Positions 25,321-37,325 of a DNA stretch of 64,000 nt are shown here, piece after piece. Origin of the DNA: Felis catus (taxonomy: Eukaryota); the NCBI RefSeq assembly GCF_018350175.1, contig NC_058373.1, positions 118,236,001 to 118,300,000 on the forward strand, given 5' to 3'. Below the pieces are notes generated by a model. It saw nothing but the letters and a program-made list of their open reading frames with translations. It was not told the origin of the DNA and made no database searches. Positions within the stretch are counted from its first letter, which is position 1. Each line of letters opens with the position of its first letter. The position numbers and the translations under genes were made by a program.

Positions 25321-25952
25321 CTGGGAGGTAGTTGCTCAACAAGTGTTTGTAAGCCAATGAAGTAATGGTGGATTAGGGGTCCGCAGGAGGGGATTTCCAT
25401 GCAGGACGACGTAAACAGGTCTGTTTAAACAGGGAAGATGTTTTAAGTAGGAACAAACATTTACTAATTTTGCCCTTGTTTATAATGGAGAATGTGGAGA
25501 CAGGAGGCCAATTAGCCTTATCTGCTTAAGCGACCCTGCATTTTATAGGGGGTGTCCAGAGTTGAATCCAAACAGAATTCCTACCCCAGGCACGCTTGTG
25601 ATGTTGAGAAATAAATATATGGGTTTGTCCTGGGTCAGCGTCACCACATTGAATGCAGGAGGAATAAAGGACAGCACAGTTCTTAATACTTGTACTTACC
25701 CCTCATTCAACCAAGAAAAGCCCCAGAGGAACCTAGTTGCCTCGTGAAACCAATTCCACTGAGCATTTCCTATCAATGTGCCTCAGACACTACACCCAGC
25801 CCATCACAAGCACAGTCTCAGGTCGACCACATCCCACCCTGTGAGAAGGGAACCCTCCTCATTTCACAGGTGAGAAAATGGAAGCTTTGAGATGGCGAGG
25901 AACAGCCCAGACTCATGCACAACAAAAAGGTGGGAAAAAATAAAAATAAAAA

Positions 25953-26133
25953 AGGGGCACCTGGGTGTCTCAGTCATTTGAGCATCCGACTCTTTGTTTT
26001 AGCTCAGGTTATTATCTCACAGTTCATGGGTTCGAGCCCCATGTCAGGCTCTGTGCTGATGGTGTGGATTCTCTCTCTCTCTCTCTCTCTCTCTCAAAAT
26101 AAATATAAAGAAACTTAAAAAGAAAAAGAAAAA
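25953..26133 (+). mobile_element. CAN-SINE
   Basis: ggggcacctgggtgtctcagtc head, CT tract, A tail. Confidence 0.88.
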
Positions 26134-26419
26134 GCAGGTGGGAGAGGCGGCCCAGCCCAGAGCCTGTGCTTCTTAGCTCCAGGATAGAGGGGCACTGGAG
26201 ACCTGTTTCTGTCAAGTTGGATCACCTCTCTGGGACTGTTTTCTCTTCTGTAAAATGCAGAGTCTTTGTTTCTGAAATTTTCTTTTTTTTTTTTTTTTCC
26301 AAATATAATGTGTTGTCAAGTTGGAAATTTTCTAACTAAAGCTCAACGACAGGGGAACACGAGACCCTGAGCATCTAGGACACTTCCCGAAGTAGCAGCC
26401 CCGTGCAGAAACGTCTGGA

Positions 26420-26720
26420 GTTGAATATACATAAAAGTTACCATCGGAATCATTTCTAAGTGTGCAGTTCATAGGTATTCAAGCCGTTCATAATGTTGTG
26501 CAGCTGTCACCACCACAGATGTCCCGGACTAACCAGCCCTCCACCCCGCCCTCCCGGCAGCCCCTGACAACTGCCATTCTACTTTCTGTCTCTATGAACT
26601 AGACTGCTCTAGGGACCTCAAATTAGTGGAACCATGCTGTATTTGTCTTTTTGTGTCTCATTTATTTCTCTTGGCACAGTGTTCTCAGGGTTCATCACGT
26701 TGTTGTAGGTTCGTTTCAAC
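26420..26720 (-). mobile_element. LINE-1 3' fragment
   Basis: ctgccattctactttctgtctctatg...gtatttgtctttttgtgtc. Confidence 0.8.
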
Positions 26721-27089
26721 AGAAAGATAACCACAACACCATCATAAACCATTACCCAATATATTTCACCCCTCCCCCCCCAACATAGCACACTCCCAAT
26801 CTTAAAGTTGATGTTCCCCGAATCCATGCCTTGTGCTGTGTATTTGGTGTCTTTCTGCAAACCCTGCTTTGAGAACTTCCTCCCCTACTCTAGCCACCAG
26901 TGCAGCCCAGTCACAACTGGAATTCAGGGTGTGTGCTGAGTGGAGGCCTGTGCTGAGAGCCTTCAGGGTCCCCAGGGCCACCCCCATCTCTCTGCTGCCC
27001 TCCTTTGTTCTCAGCCCCTGGGGCGGTTGATTCCTGGGAAGTTTCCATTTTAACATTGATTTTTGTTTACATTAATCTATGCTCTTCCT

Positions 27090-27325
27090 TTTATTTTTTT
27101 AAATTTTTAATTTTTTTTTCTAATTTTATTTTTTATTTTTGAGAAAGAGCGGAGAGAAAGAGTGCTAGCGGGTGAGGGGCAGAGTGAGAGGGAGACCCAG
27201 AATCTGAACCAGGCTCCTGGCTCTTGTCAGCACAGAGCCCAATGGGGGGCTCAAACACATGATCCACGAGATTATGACCTGAGCCGAAGCTGGACGCGTA
27301 ACCGACTGAGCCACCCAAGCGCCCC
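27090..27325 (-). mobile_element. CAN-SINE
   Basis: Typical body. Confidence 0.9.
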
Positions 27326-27584
27326 GTATTGTCTTCCTTTTAAAAATGAAGAAGTTGCCATGCAGGAAGGTTAACTTGCCGGACACGTCCCAGCCAGTGA
27401 GTACAGATGCCAGATTCCAACCCAGGCCTGGGGACTACATGGACTTAACACCTCTTCCAGCCCCACCGTCTCCCACCGCCTCCCCCACGATGGAATTCAG
27501 CAGGCCACCGGCCTCTGTCACCGTCATTAACATTGTGCTAACGTTGTGAACCCCATTTGTAGTCATGTTGTGTTTAATTTGCGC

Positions 27585-27913
27585 AGGTCTACAATCCCTT
27601 ATTTGCAATTATGAAATTCAAAAGGCTCTGAAAACCAAAAGGTTTCTCCTAGGCTTGTGAGTAGGAGTGGCCTGAGGCTATTCAGAGTCTCAGTTTAGCC
27701 TGTTTAGGTGAATATTTGTATGTTTTGCTGCAGAGGTATAAGTGCATGTAGTTTTGTTGTTGATTTTGGTTGGTTGGTTTTGATTAAAGAAAGCTTCCAG
27801 AAAGTACTGGAGGTAGTACGTCATATGCAGTTTAGTAACTTCTAAAATCTGAAAAATGCTCAACCGTGAAACACATTTGGCCCCGAGAGTTTCTAATAAG
27901 GAATTGGGGCCTA
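27585..27913. mobile_element. MER46C-like TcMar-Tigger fossil
   Basis: Imperfect TIRs caggtctacaatcccttat / ataaggaattggggcct. Confidence 0.65.
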
Positions 27914-30152
27914 GACATATGTAATAGGATTATAGTTATATAAAGCTGTAAAAATAAAAGGCTTAGACCTAGTTTTATGTCCATGCATTTTTAAGTGGTA
28001 TCATGCTCTAAAATAAGGGTCAGGATAATAGGTTCACAAATTACTGAAGTTAGGGAAGCTCCCCACCCCACCCTACCCCCCCCGACAAAGTTAGTAGAAT
28101 TTCCCCTTTCATTTAACTTGAGCATTGGGAATTGCGTTTCCGAATTGAGAGGTGCTGGTCCTCTGACTTTCTGAGTAATGTTTCTAGGCCTTTGGCGCAA
28201 GGCACAGACACTCGTCAGCTTCCAGGCTGAGAATTATCCAAATACAGAGGCTGAAGCGGCAGAGGAGATGAGCCGTGCCCTGAGAGTGCGGTGGAGAGAG
28301 ACCGAGAAGAAAGGATCTGAAGAGCTTTGGCAGCTGGCCTGTGGGGGTCCCAGTCCCCGGCCCTCCCTGGCAGCCCACAGGGGACAGCAGCAGCAGAGCA
28401 GGGGATGCTGAGGCAGAGGCACAGGGGTCTTCAGAGGGGGAGAGAGGACCTGCCCTGTCCCTGTCACTGCTGATAGGGGCACCGAGGCCACTGCCACTCA
28501 GCCATGGGACACCCACCCTGAGCTGAGGGGGACCCTCCGGGCCTGCATGCTGCAGACTGGCCCCACACCCCACATTGACCTTTGTGGGGGCCTGAGCTCT
28601 GAAGCCCCCTCCCACTTAGGAAGCAGAGGGTGGGCAAAGTGGGCTCCTCACACCTTCTTCCTTAATGTCTCCAGGAGTTCATGCAGTTAGCTTCTGCAGG
28701 AGACTGTAGGCCGACCCTTACGGTGTGTGTGAGCGTGTGTGTGCACACACATGTGTGCAGGGGTGAGTGTGTGTGTTCCCGTGTGGAAGGAAAGGGATGA
28801 GATTGAGGCTGGAGCTGCTGGGTGGAAGCCAATCAGGAAATATTTTCTGGAAAGCCCCCTACCTCCCTCCGTGTTGCTGCCCTAACACCAAGCGTCTTCG
28901 AATGGCCTCGCCCTCCCTCCTGGTGCCCTGTCCCGGGATCTGGACTGAGGATGGGGCAGATGGGGTGGGTCTGTGTCAGGCCCGATGTCACTGAAGGACA
29001 TCCCAGGATTTGTTCTTTCTCTCTGGGTGGCCCTCGTGTCTGCAGGAAGTGTCGGGGAGCTGTATTTCTGTCCCACCTTTGAGCATAAACCTCCCCTCCA
29101 CAGGTCAGGTGGCTTATCTTATGACAGCACTTGTCAGATATACTGAGCTTTGGACTTCTTCTCATGGTCTTGCTCGGTGTTTCAAGGTCCTGACCTGGAC
29201 ATGGCAGCAACAGGGGGAGGAAGGCAGATTAGTGTTGGGATCTGAAAGCACAGAGTCAAGTTGAGGGGCAGACTGGCAAGGGGCATTTAACGCTCCCCTC
29301 CCCCACCCACCCCCAACTTTGAATGACTCCAGCAAGGGAAATGGATAGATGCATGGGAGGGGGAGGGAAGAAAAGGCAGAGAGAGAAACGGAGAAATCCT
29401 CTCATGTGAAGCGTTCTTTTTCCTTTTGGATTTCCTTTTGCAGATAGTTTTATTCTGGATTAACACATAGCGCTAGAATGCAGTGCCCTACTAGAAGGTA
29501 AACTCCCCAAGGGCAAGACGGTCTGTGTGTTGCGACAGCTTGGGACAGCCGACCACATCTCTTCCCAGCTCTGTGCTTAGCGACATCACCTCGGTAGCCT
29601 GAAAACAGCCATGGAGTATTTACCCACGGAAGTTGATAAAGGCTACTGGGCAGCACTTTTTCCCTCCAGAGAGCTGGGTGTTACTTACGCGTTTGCCACC
29701 ACTGGACAGGTCTCTCCGCAGCTTCTGGAAGAGGAGGCCTTCAAGTGTCCCTGGAATGAATAAACAACCATCAGCAAGAGAGGGAAGAAGAGAAGCAGCA
29801 TCCTCTCCAAGTCCAGTTAAACAAGCGCCGCGTGCCAGCAGCTGCACATCGGAACGAGGTTCCCATCCGGGCAACCTGCCGACTCTTGCTTCGTAGGTCT
29901 TGGCGGTCAGGGTGCAGCCGTGCTCCTTCCTGTTGGGGTTGGCATCTACGAGGACCATTCAGGGTTTTCTCTGGGGATGATATGGGTCATTGTAACCTGA
30001 AAGTGGTGGTGGCAGCTTCCAGAGACCAACAGGACAGTCCTACCCAGAACTGCTCCTGGGCCATGGTCTATGGCATTGGTGGGGAGTCTGGCCCTTGTCT
30101 GTGCCTGATTCTCCAGGCTTCCTGTCCGTTCCATGAGCTCTCAATGTCCTTA

Positions 30153-30638
30153 CTTAAGCCTCAACTTGCTCAGCTGAGCCTCGCACAGAGGGTGGGTAGA
30201 GTAGGGAAGTACTTAGCCGCTATAAAGCGGCTTCCACTTTCCCTGACCTTGCAAGATTCACAATTTAGAGGGAGGAAAGCGACACATTCGTATCATCACT
30301 GTAGTAGTTCCAAAGTGCAATCCCGGCGCCGTGGGAGCACAGAGGTAGGCTTTAAGGGACGGCCTCCTGGAAGTGGCCTATCCTTGGAGCCTGGAATGGG
30401 TTTCCGTTCTAACCCAGCCTTACAAGAAGATCTGGCCACTTATTTCTAGGCTGTGTCCCTGGATCTGCAATCTGCTGAGATGATCCAGATGTAAAGAACC
30501 CAGGAAACAGGCTGAGGGAGCACGGGGCAGAAGGAACTTTTGCTGAGCACGCACTTAGTAGGAGCTTTATAGCGGCTAAGTACTTCCCTACTCTACCACG
30601 CTCTGTGTGAGGCTCAGCTGAGCAAGTTGAGGCTTAAG
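30153..30638. repeat. Long inverted repeat (76/75-bp arms, 335-bp spacer)
   Basis: 30153-30228 is the reverse complement of 30564-30638 with 2 substitutions and 1 indel. Confidence 0.95.
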
Positions 30639-30836
30639 GAGGTGACGTGATTTAGTCCTAAGTTCACACACAGAGCAGAACAGGTTCCCAGTCTAGGTCT
30701 GTCTGCCTCCAAGCGCTGTACCCCCTTCTGCACCCTGGGCTTCTCAGACCAGCAGGTAGAAGGGCCAGGCAGAGGGGGATTTACAATGAGAGGGAAGGTC
30801 TCTGGTCTCACCCCAGAATCTTCTTTCTAAATCACC

Positions 30837-30838
<2 letters not shown>

Positions 30839-30876
<38 letters not shown>
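30839..30876. repeat. (TG)n microsatellite
   Basis: Direct reading. Confidence 0.95.
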
Positions 30877-30877
<1 letters not shown>

Positions 30878-31615
30878 ACCAATGGTGCACACAATTTTTG
30901 GTGAACAGTTATGTTCTGGGCACCGTGCTCACACATCCCTCTGGGGTAGAGAACTTGAGGCTTGGGAGAGGGCTACTTACCCAAGCCAGGAACTGCTCGA
31001 GCCTGGCTCCTTCACGCTGCGTGTTGACTCTGCCTCCCTACCTTCTGGGTCTTCTTTGCAGCGGCGGCGGGGAGCAAGAACTCATGGGCCTGGGTGCCTG
31101 AGAAGGGATCACTGAGGAAAAACAGGAGCGGACCAGGAAGGTGCCTCAGCGGCCCCACCCCCCAGAGCAGGAGAAGCAGCTTCCTCCCACTTACGGGACC
31201 TTTGACCAAGCCCAGAAAATTCCTGGCTGATGGGGGCAGGGAGTGGGGCTTCTTGAATGGAAGACGCTATTTTCCTTTTCTAGACAGGCTTTGGGTAATT
31301 CCACTCCCTTTTCTCTGCCAAGCTGTATCTTTGCCTAAGAAGTCACACTCGTCCCCAGGGGCCCCTGCTACACAGCTGCTGCCGCTTCTTTCTTCACTGA
31401 TGGGTAAGAAATGGGACAGATGTAAAATGCCTATGTTTTAATAAGCGTTTTGTCTGAGCATCAGTGACAACTTAGAGAGATGATCTACGGGGGCTGCCGC
31501 TCTCAGCGGGGGCGGGGAGCTTCCTACTGGTGTTTCTCTGCCCGAAAGGAGGCCATGGGAGAAACGACCAGTGCCCAGGGTAAGTAAAGGACGGAAGGTA
31601 TAAGAAGATGAGGGA

Positions 31616-31843
31616 GGGGGGCTTGGGTGGCTCAGTCGGTTGAGCATCTGACTTTGGCTCAGGTCATGATCTCGCGGTTTGTGGGTTCGAGCCCCGCGTC
31701 GGGCTCTGTGCAGACAGCTCGGAGCCTGGAGCCTGCTTTGGATTCTGTGTCTCCCTCTCTCTCTCTGCCCCTCCCCCGTTCATGCTCTGCCTCTCTCTGT
31801 CCCAAAAATAAATAAACGTTGAAAAAAAAATTAAAAAAAAAAT
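31616..31843 (+). mobile_element. CAN-SINE
   Basis: Typical body; TSD-like AGATGAGGGA. Confidence 0.92.
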
Positions 31844-32375
31844 ATAAAGGAGATGAGGGAAAGGGACCAGCCGTGTGACCTCCCCACCTCCCATGCGGCC
31901 CAGGGCCAATGCTATTTTCCTGGGGGTAGGTGATTTTCAGTCAAAAAGGGATGGCAGGCAAGAAGTGCCTTTGCTGAGAAAAAGGACAATGCGGAAAGGA
32001 AATGAAATGTATCACATGTATTGAGTCCCTACTTTGATCCTAACTAGTGCCTTGGGCACAGGCGATGGGGAGGCAAGCTTTGTCCTTCGCCTCTTACAAG
32101 GTGAGTCAGGGAGACTCGGGTTCCGACAGAGTGATGCACCATAAACTACAGCAGACAGGGACAGAGACTGAGGGAGCGGGGCGGGCACCAATTCTGCCTG
32201 CTACGGTATGGGGAAGGCTTCTAGAAGAGGTGATATTTGGTCAGGGCCTTGAGGGGTGAGTAGTAGCTTGCAAGGTAGAGTGGATTTTCAGAGTGCATTC
32301 TAGGCAGTGTGAAAAGCTGGCTGGGAGGGTAGCAAACAGCAGCCTGTGTGAGGAGAAACAGCTGTGGCTGAAGTA

Positions 32376-33493
32376 CAGGCACACTTTGGAGATACGCCAG
32401 GTTCAGCCCCAAACCACTGCAATAAAGCGAATATCACAATAAAGTGAGTCAAATAGATTTTTTGGTTTCCCAGAGTATATAAAACTTAGGTTTACACTAT
32501 ACTGTAGTCTATGACATATGCAATAACATGTCTAAAAAACTAATTAAAAAAATTTTTTTTAATGTTTTTAAATTTATTTTTGAGAGACAGAGAGAGAGAG
32601 AGACAGCATGAGCGAGGGAAGGGCAGAGAGAGAGACTGAGACAGAATCTGAAGCAGGCTCCAGACTCTGAGCTGTCAGCACAGAGCTCAACACGGGGCTC
32701 AAACTCATGAGCGGTGAGATCATGACTTGAGTTGAAGTCAGACGCTTAATCCACTGAGCCACCCAGGCGCCCCTAAAACATTTTTTTTTAAAGTAAACTG
32801 TATGCCCAGCACAGGGCTCAAACTAACAACCTCTGAGATAAGAGTCGCATGCTCAGTGGGTTAAGCTGAGCTTTTGATTTCGGCTCAGGTCATGATCTCA
32901 CAGTTTGTGAGTTTGAGCCCCACAGGGGGCTCTGCACTGACAGCACAGAGCCTGGTTGGGATTCTCTCTCTCCCCCTCTCTCTGCCTTGCTCCCCTCTAA
33001 ATAAATAAGTAAATAAATAGATAGATAGATAGATAGATAGATATTTAAAAAAGAAAAAACAGAGTTGCATGCCCTACCAACTGAGCCAGTCAGGTGCCCC
33101 TAAAAAAAACATTTTTTTTTCTAATTAAAAAAGACTTCATTGATGAAAAATGCTAACCGTCATCTGAACTTTCAGGGCATCCTAACCACTGATCACTGGT
33201 CACCATAACATATAATAATGAAGAATTTTGAAATATTGCCAGAATTGCCAATATATGACACGAAGTGAGCAAATACTGTTGGAAAAATGGGGCCAGTAGA
33301 CTTGCTCTAGGCAGGGTTGCCACAAACCTTCACTTTGTAAAAAATGCAATAAAGTGCAATCAAGCAAATTACACACACAAAAAAACACAACAAAAAACAA
33401 AAAAACCCAAAACACAAAACCACCCAACAACCAAAAACCCTCAATCCTCCAAACCAACAACCCAAGGAGGCACAAGAAAGTGAGGTCTGCCTG
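32376..33493 (-). mobile_element. Internally deleted Tigger1 with three nested SINEs
   Basis: TA|CAGGCA...TGCCTG|TA ends; Tigger1 terminal motifs (aataaagcgaatatc; gcagggttgccacaaaccttca); SINEs at 32553-32773, 32780-33100 and nested 32852-33060. Confidence 0.85.
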
Positions 33494-33759
33494 TACAGAA
33501 TTCAAGGGTGGAAGAGGCGGACGGCTGGACGCAGAGGTGTGTTGTATGTAAGGTGAGCATGGAGCGGGATGATACAGAGATGGATGGCTTAGACAGAGGA
33601 AGTGGGACCGGGGTGGTGACTGGTGCCCCCCCCCCCCCCCCCAGTAGAGGAAACACAGAATGGAGGGCAAGCCAAGCTCTGGCACAGACCCAAGGGGATG
33701 CAGCACGGGTCACTGCAGGGGGGCGGGGGCTTTCCACTGGGATTGGGGGTGGGTGTCTG

Positions 33760-34760
33760 CAGGGCTGGCTGGGGCGGGGGGGGGGGGGGATATGGGGCGG
33801 GGAGAAGCCAGCCAGCGGCAGGGAGAGAAAGTCCAACCTCCGCAGGCGTTCCGCGCCGCCAGGCCAACCTCCCATTCCAGGGGCGGGCACCGACGGAGCA
33901 GTGCTGCGTGCCCCGCGCGGCCGGAGACCCAGGTAGGAAAAGGGAGGGACAGTGCCCCGGGGGCAGGGGCGGCTCGCTCCGGGGCTGCTGCAGGAACGTG
34001 CCCCGCCTGGCCCGCAGGAAGAGCGGTATCGGAGGAAGTAGGGGGTCCCGGAGGGGAACCCGCCTCCGGCTCTGTCCACCGAGGTCACCGCTCCGCACCG
34101 CACCTCGGGCGGGGTTGGGAAGTCACCGGCGGGCGGGAGACGCCGGGAGCCACTGGGGCTAGTGGTGGGCGGTCGGACGCAGCCGGAGCCCCGCGCAGAC
34201 GCCGCCCGCCCCCTCGGACCTTGCCTCGGTGGGACGCCTTTGCCGCGCCTCCCAGGCGCCGGGCCCAGGAGACCGAGCGTGCCCCTCCCGGAGGTGCCGT
34301 CAGGGCCAGCACGTGCCCGGTGGCCCTGGCGCCCCGCGTGGGAAGGTCACCTTTCCACTTTGGGGGGTCTGCGCCCGCGCGTTCCCGGGCGGGCGGGTGG
34401 GGGGCGCGGGCACGTCCCCGGGCCGGGACTGCGGACCGCGGGCGCCTCCTCGTGACCGACGTGGGGAAGATTCTTGCGTGGGAGGCAGACGGGGAAGGGT
34501 GTCGCACCGGCCTCGGGCGTCTCCGCAGCCGCTGGGGACCCTGCGGACACGTGGCGCCTGGCGCGCAGGGACCCCAAGTACGGGTCGCGGGCCAGCCCCC
34601 GCGAGGAGGAGCAGACGGGCTTGGCCTCCGCTTCGGCCCAGGTCCGGCACCAACGCGTTCCTCGGGGACACGGTGTGAAAGGAGCCCCCACTGTCGGGCG
34701 GGTGCGCAGCGGGCCCTGCCCTCGGGCAGTTGGGGGAGCCCCGCAGAGTAGTCCGGTGCC
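33760..34760 (+). promoter_or_regulatory. PAPLN: PAPLN promoter CpG island (probably includes non-coding exon 1)
   Basis: Dense CpG, several GGGCGG boxes, 2.5-3.5 kb upstream of the ATG exon, which has its own acceptor and therefore needs an upstream exon; candidate donor TCG|GTGGGA at 34228/34229 is uncertain. Confidence 0.8.
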
Positions 34761-35579
34761 CAAGACCCAGGGCTGGTCTTTCTTGCGTTTTTCTCCCAAG
34801 TGAATTGAAATAGCCTTCCAGGCTTTCCAGGACCCTGGGATTGCATATGTGGGCCTTGATCTAGTGTCACTGCAGCCGTGGTGGTGGTACCTAGTAGCAA
34901 TTTTAAGTCTGGTCTTTCTTCTGTCCTTCCGTCTCTCCCTTGGCTCTGCTCACCTCCGCCCCTTAAGGCAGCCGGCTTTAGAGAAGCATCTCCCCAACAC
35001 TCATCTTGGCAGGAGCCCTAGAACAGGACGGTGCTGTTACAGGAGCTGCGGGGCGGGCGGGGTGCGCAGAGCAGAGGTCGTCCTGGGCGGTGGGGTGTGG
35101 GGAGAGAAGGCCGTCCTCCCCGCCCCCCCGCCTGCAAGCCCCGGGAACCTCTGATTTGACTGTGAAAATAACGACCAAATGAATCAGTGTTTGTGCTAAA
35201 TTAACGAAGCATGTACGTCGCTAAACGTGCCAGGTTAAATTTTGCTGAACTTGGCTTGTGTGTGCTCTGTTTTGTCCTTGTAAAATGAAGTCATTTTATG
35301 CTAAAAAAAAAAAAAAAATTAGAACATCGGTAGAATTACAGATTTGTAAATTTGAACTTACAAGTCAGTACTCGCTTGCTGTTTTGTACTGAAGGAGCAA
35401 ATTGCTTATGTCATTCTTTGGTACAGTGCACAGACTGAACACACACACCACACTGGGGTCTACTTGTGGTGACTTTCTTGTGCAGAGAAATGCTGACTTG
35501 GGTTTACAGTAGGGTTACAATTGACATTTTTAAAGCATTTGAGCTTTAAAAGCATCTTGGGAGAGTTTTTTAAATGCAA

Positions 35580-36230
35580 CTTTTAAAAATGTTTATTTTT
35601 GAAAGAGAGTGCGTTGGGGCGCCTGGGTGGCTCAGTCGGTTGAGCGGCCGACTTCGGCTCAGGTCATGATCTCGCGGTCCGGGAGTTCGAGCCCCGCGTC
35701 AGGCTCTGTGCTGACAGCTCAGAGCCTGGAGCCTGTTTCAGATCCTGTGTCTCCCTCTCTCTGACCCTCCCCCGTTCATGCTCTGTCTCTCTCTGTCTCA
35801 AAAATAAATAAACGTTAAAAAAAAAAAAAACATTTAAAAAAGAGAGTGCGCTGCCTTCGCCTGAGCGGGGGAGGGGAAGAGAAAGGTAGACAGAGGATGA
35901 GAAGTGGGCTCTGTGCTCATAGCCTGATTCTTTGGGGCTTGAACTCAAACCTGGAGATCATGACTTGAGCCCACGTTGGGTGCTTAACTGACTGGGCCAT
36001 CCAGGCGCCCCCAGAGAATTTCTTTAAAAAAATTGTATATATATATATATATTTTTAAGATTTTATTTTTAAGTAATCTCTACACCTAACCGTGGGGCTC
36101 AGACTCACAACCCTCTCATGAAGAGTCGCATGCTCCACCCACTGAGCCAGCCAGGCGCCCCTATATTAACAAGTTTTAGAAACAACTGGTGTGATGGATT
36201 AAACAAAATTTTTTTTAATGTTTATTTATT

Positions 36231-36292
<62 letters not shown>

Positions 36293-36982
36293 CATGAGTG
36301 GGACAGGGGCAGAGAGTGAGGGAGACAGAATCTGAAGCAAGCTCCAGGCTCTGAGCTGTTGGCACAGAGCCCGACGCGGGGCTTGAACCCACAAACCTGG
36401 AGATCATGACCTGAGCTGAAGTTGGATGCTTAACTGAGTCACCCAGGCATCCCTGTAATGGATTTTTAAAAAGCAATCTCTTGGGGCGCCTGGGTGGCCC
36501 AGTCGGTGCAGCGTGCAACTCTTGACTTCTGCTCTGGTCATGATCTCGGGGTTCTTGAGATAGAGCCCTGCTTGGGCTCTGCGAGCTGAGAGCGTGGAGC
36601 CTGCTTGGGATTCTTTCTCTCCTCTCTCTGCCCCTCCCCCACTCATTCTCACGCTCTCTCTCAAAAAAAAAAAAAAAAAAACAAAAATTTAAAAAGCAAC
36701 CTCTTGCTAAATTAAAAATAGGCTGATTGCTTTGATTCTGAACCGGTCTTTCAACAAGAAGTATTTTTTTCAACGCTTATTTATTTATTTTGAGAGAGAG
36801 ATGATGTGAGCAGGGGGGAGCCAGAGAGAGAGGGAGAGAGGGAGAGAGAGAGAATCCCAAGCAGGCTCTGCGCTGTCACCACAGAGCCCTACGTGGGGGC
36901 TCCATCTCACGAACCACCATGTCTTGACCGGAGTGGAAACCAAGAGTCTGACACTCAGCCCACCGGGCCACCCAGATGCCCC
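35580..36982. mobile_element. Cluster of six CAN-SINEs in PAPLN intron 1, both orientations
   Basis: 35580-36010(-) with nested 35616-35840(+), 36050-36160(-), 36208-36453(-), 36483-36695(+), 36765-36982(-). Confidence 0.9.
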
Positions 36983-37259
36983 TCAACGAGAAGTATTTTT
37001 AATTGCCCTCTTTTTTTCCCCTTTGAATCGTGAAAGAAGATACTCTTGGACTTTTAGAAGCCAGTAGTAGGCCTTCTCCACTTCTACCCCACCCCTCCCT
37101 GCCGACATGAGCGCCACTGAGCCCCATGGCCTTCCCTCTGGTCCCCCTGTGGCTCTCTGGTCACCTGTGGGCAACGGGGAGGGAGGGATGCACCCCTGCC
37201 CACCCACTGACCGGTCCTGATCCCTGCCCTGCCCACCCCGGCCTCTCCCACAGGCTGAG

Positions 37260-37325
37260 ATGCAGGCCGAGATCCGGATGTTCCTGCTCGTGCCCCTGCT
37301 GCTGGCCCCGGCCCCTGGGTCCTCG
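37260..37325 (+). CDS. PAPLN: PAPLN first coding exon (signal peptide)
   Basis: cag|GCTGAG ATG...TCCTCG|gtgagt; MQAEIRMFLLVPLLLAPAPGSS. Confidence 0.9.

Noticed and set aside
26180..26197. Possible CTCF site (TAGAGGGGGCACTG)
   Set aside because: 5' half does not fit the consensus; cannot be supported without a matrix scan or ChIP data.
30154..30637. piggyBac element suggested by TTAA at both outer ends
   Set aside because: Termini lack the CCY start typical of piggyBac, the symmetry extends outside TTAA, and part of the spacer looks like old L2-like sequence; kept only as a minor alternative.
33441..34900. Long overlapping ORFs (up to 363 aa) on both strands
   Set aside because: Stop-codon depletion in a GC-rich CpG island; low-complexity R/G/P/A peptides with no recognisable domain.
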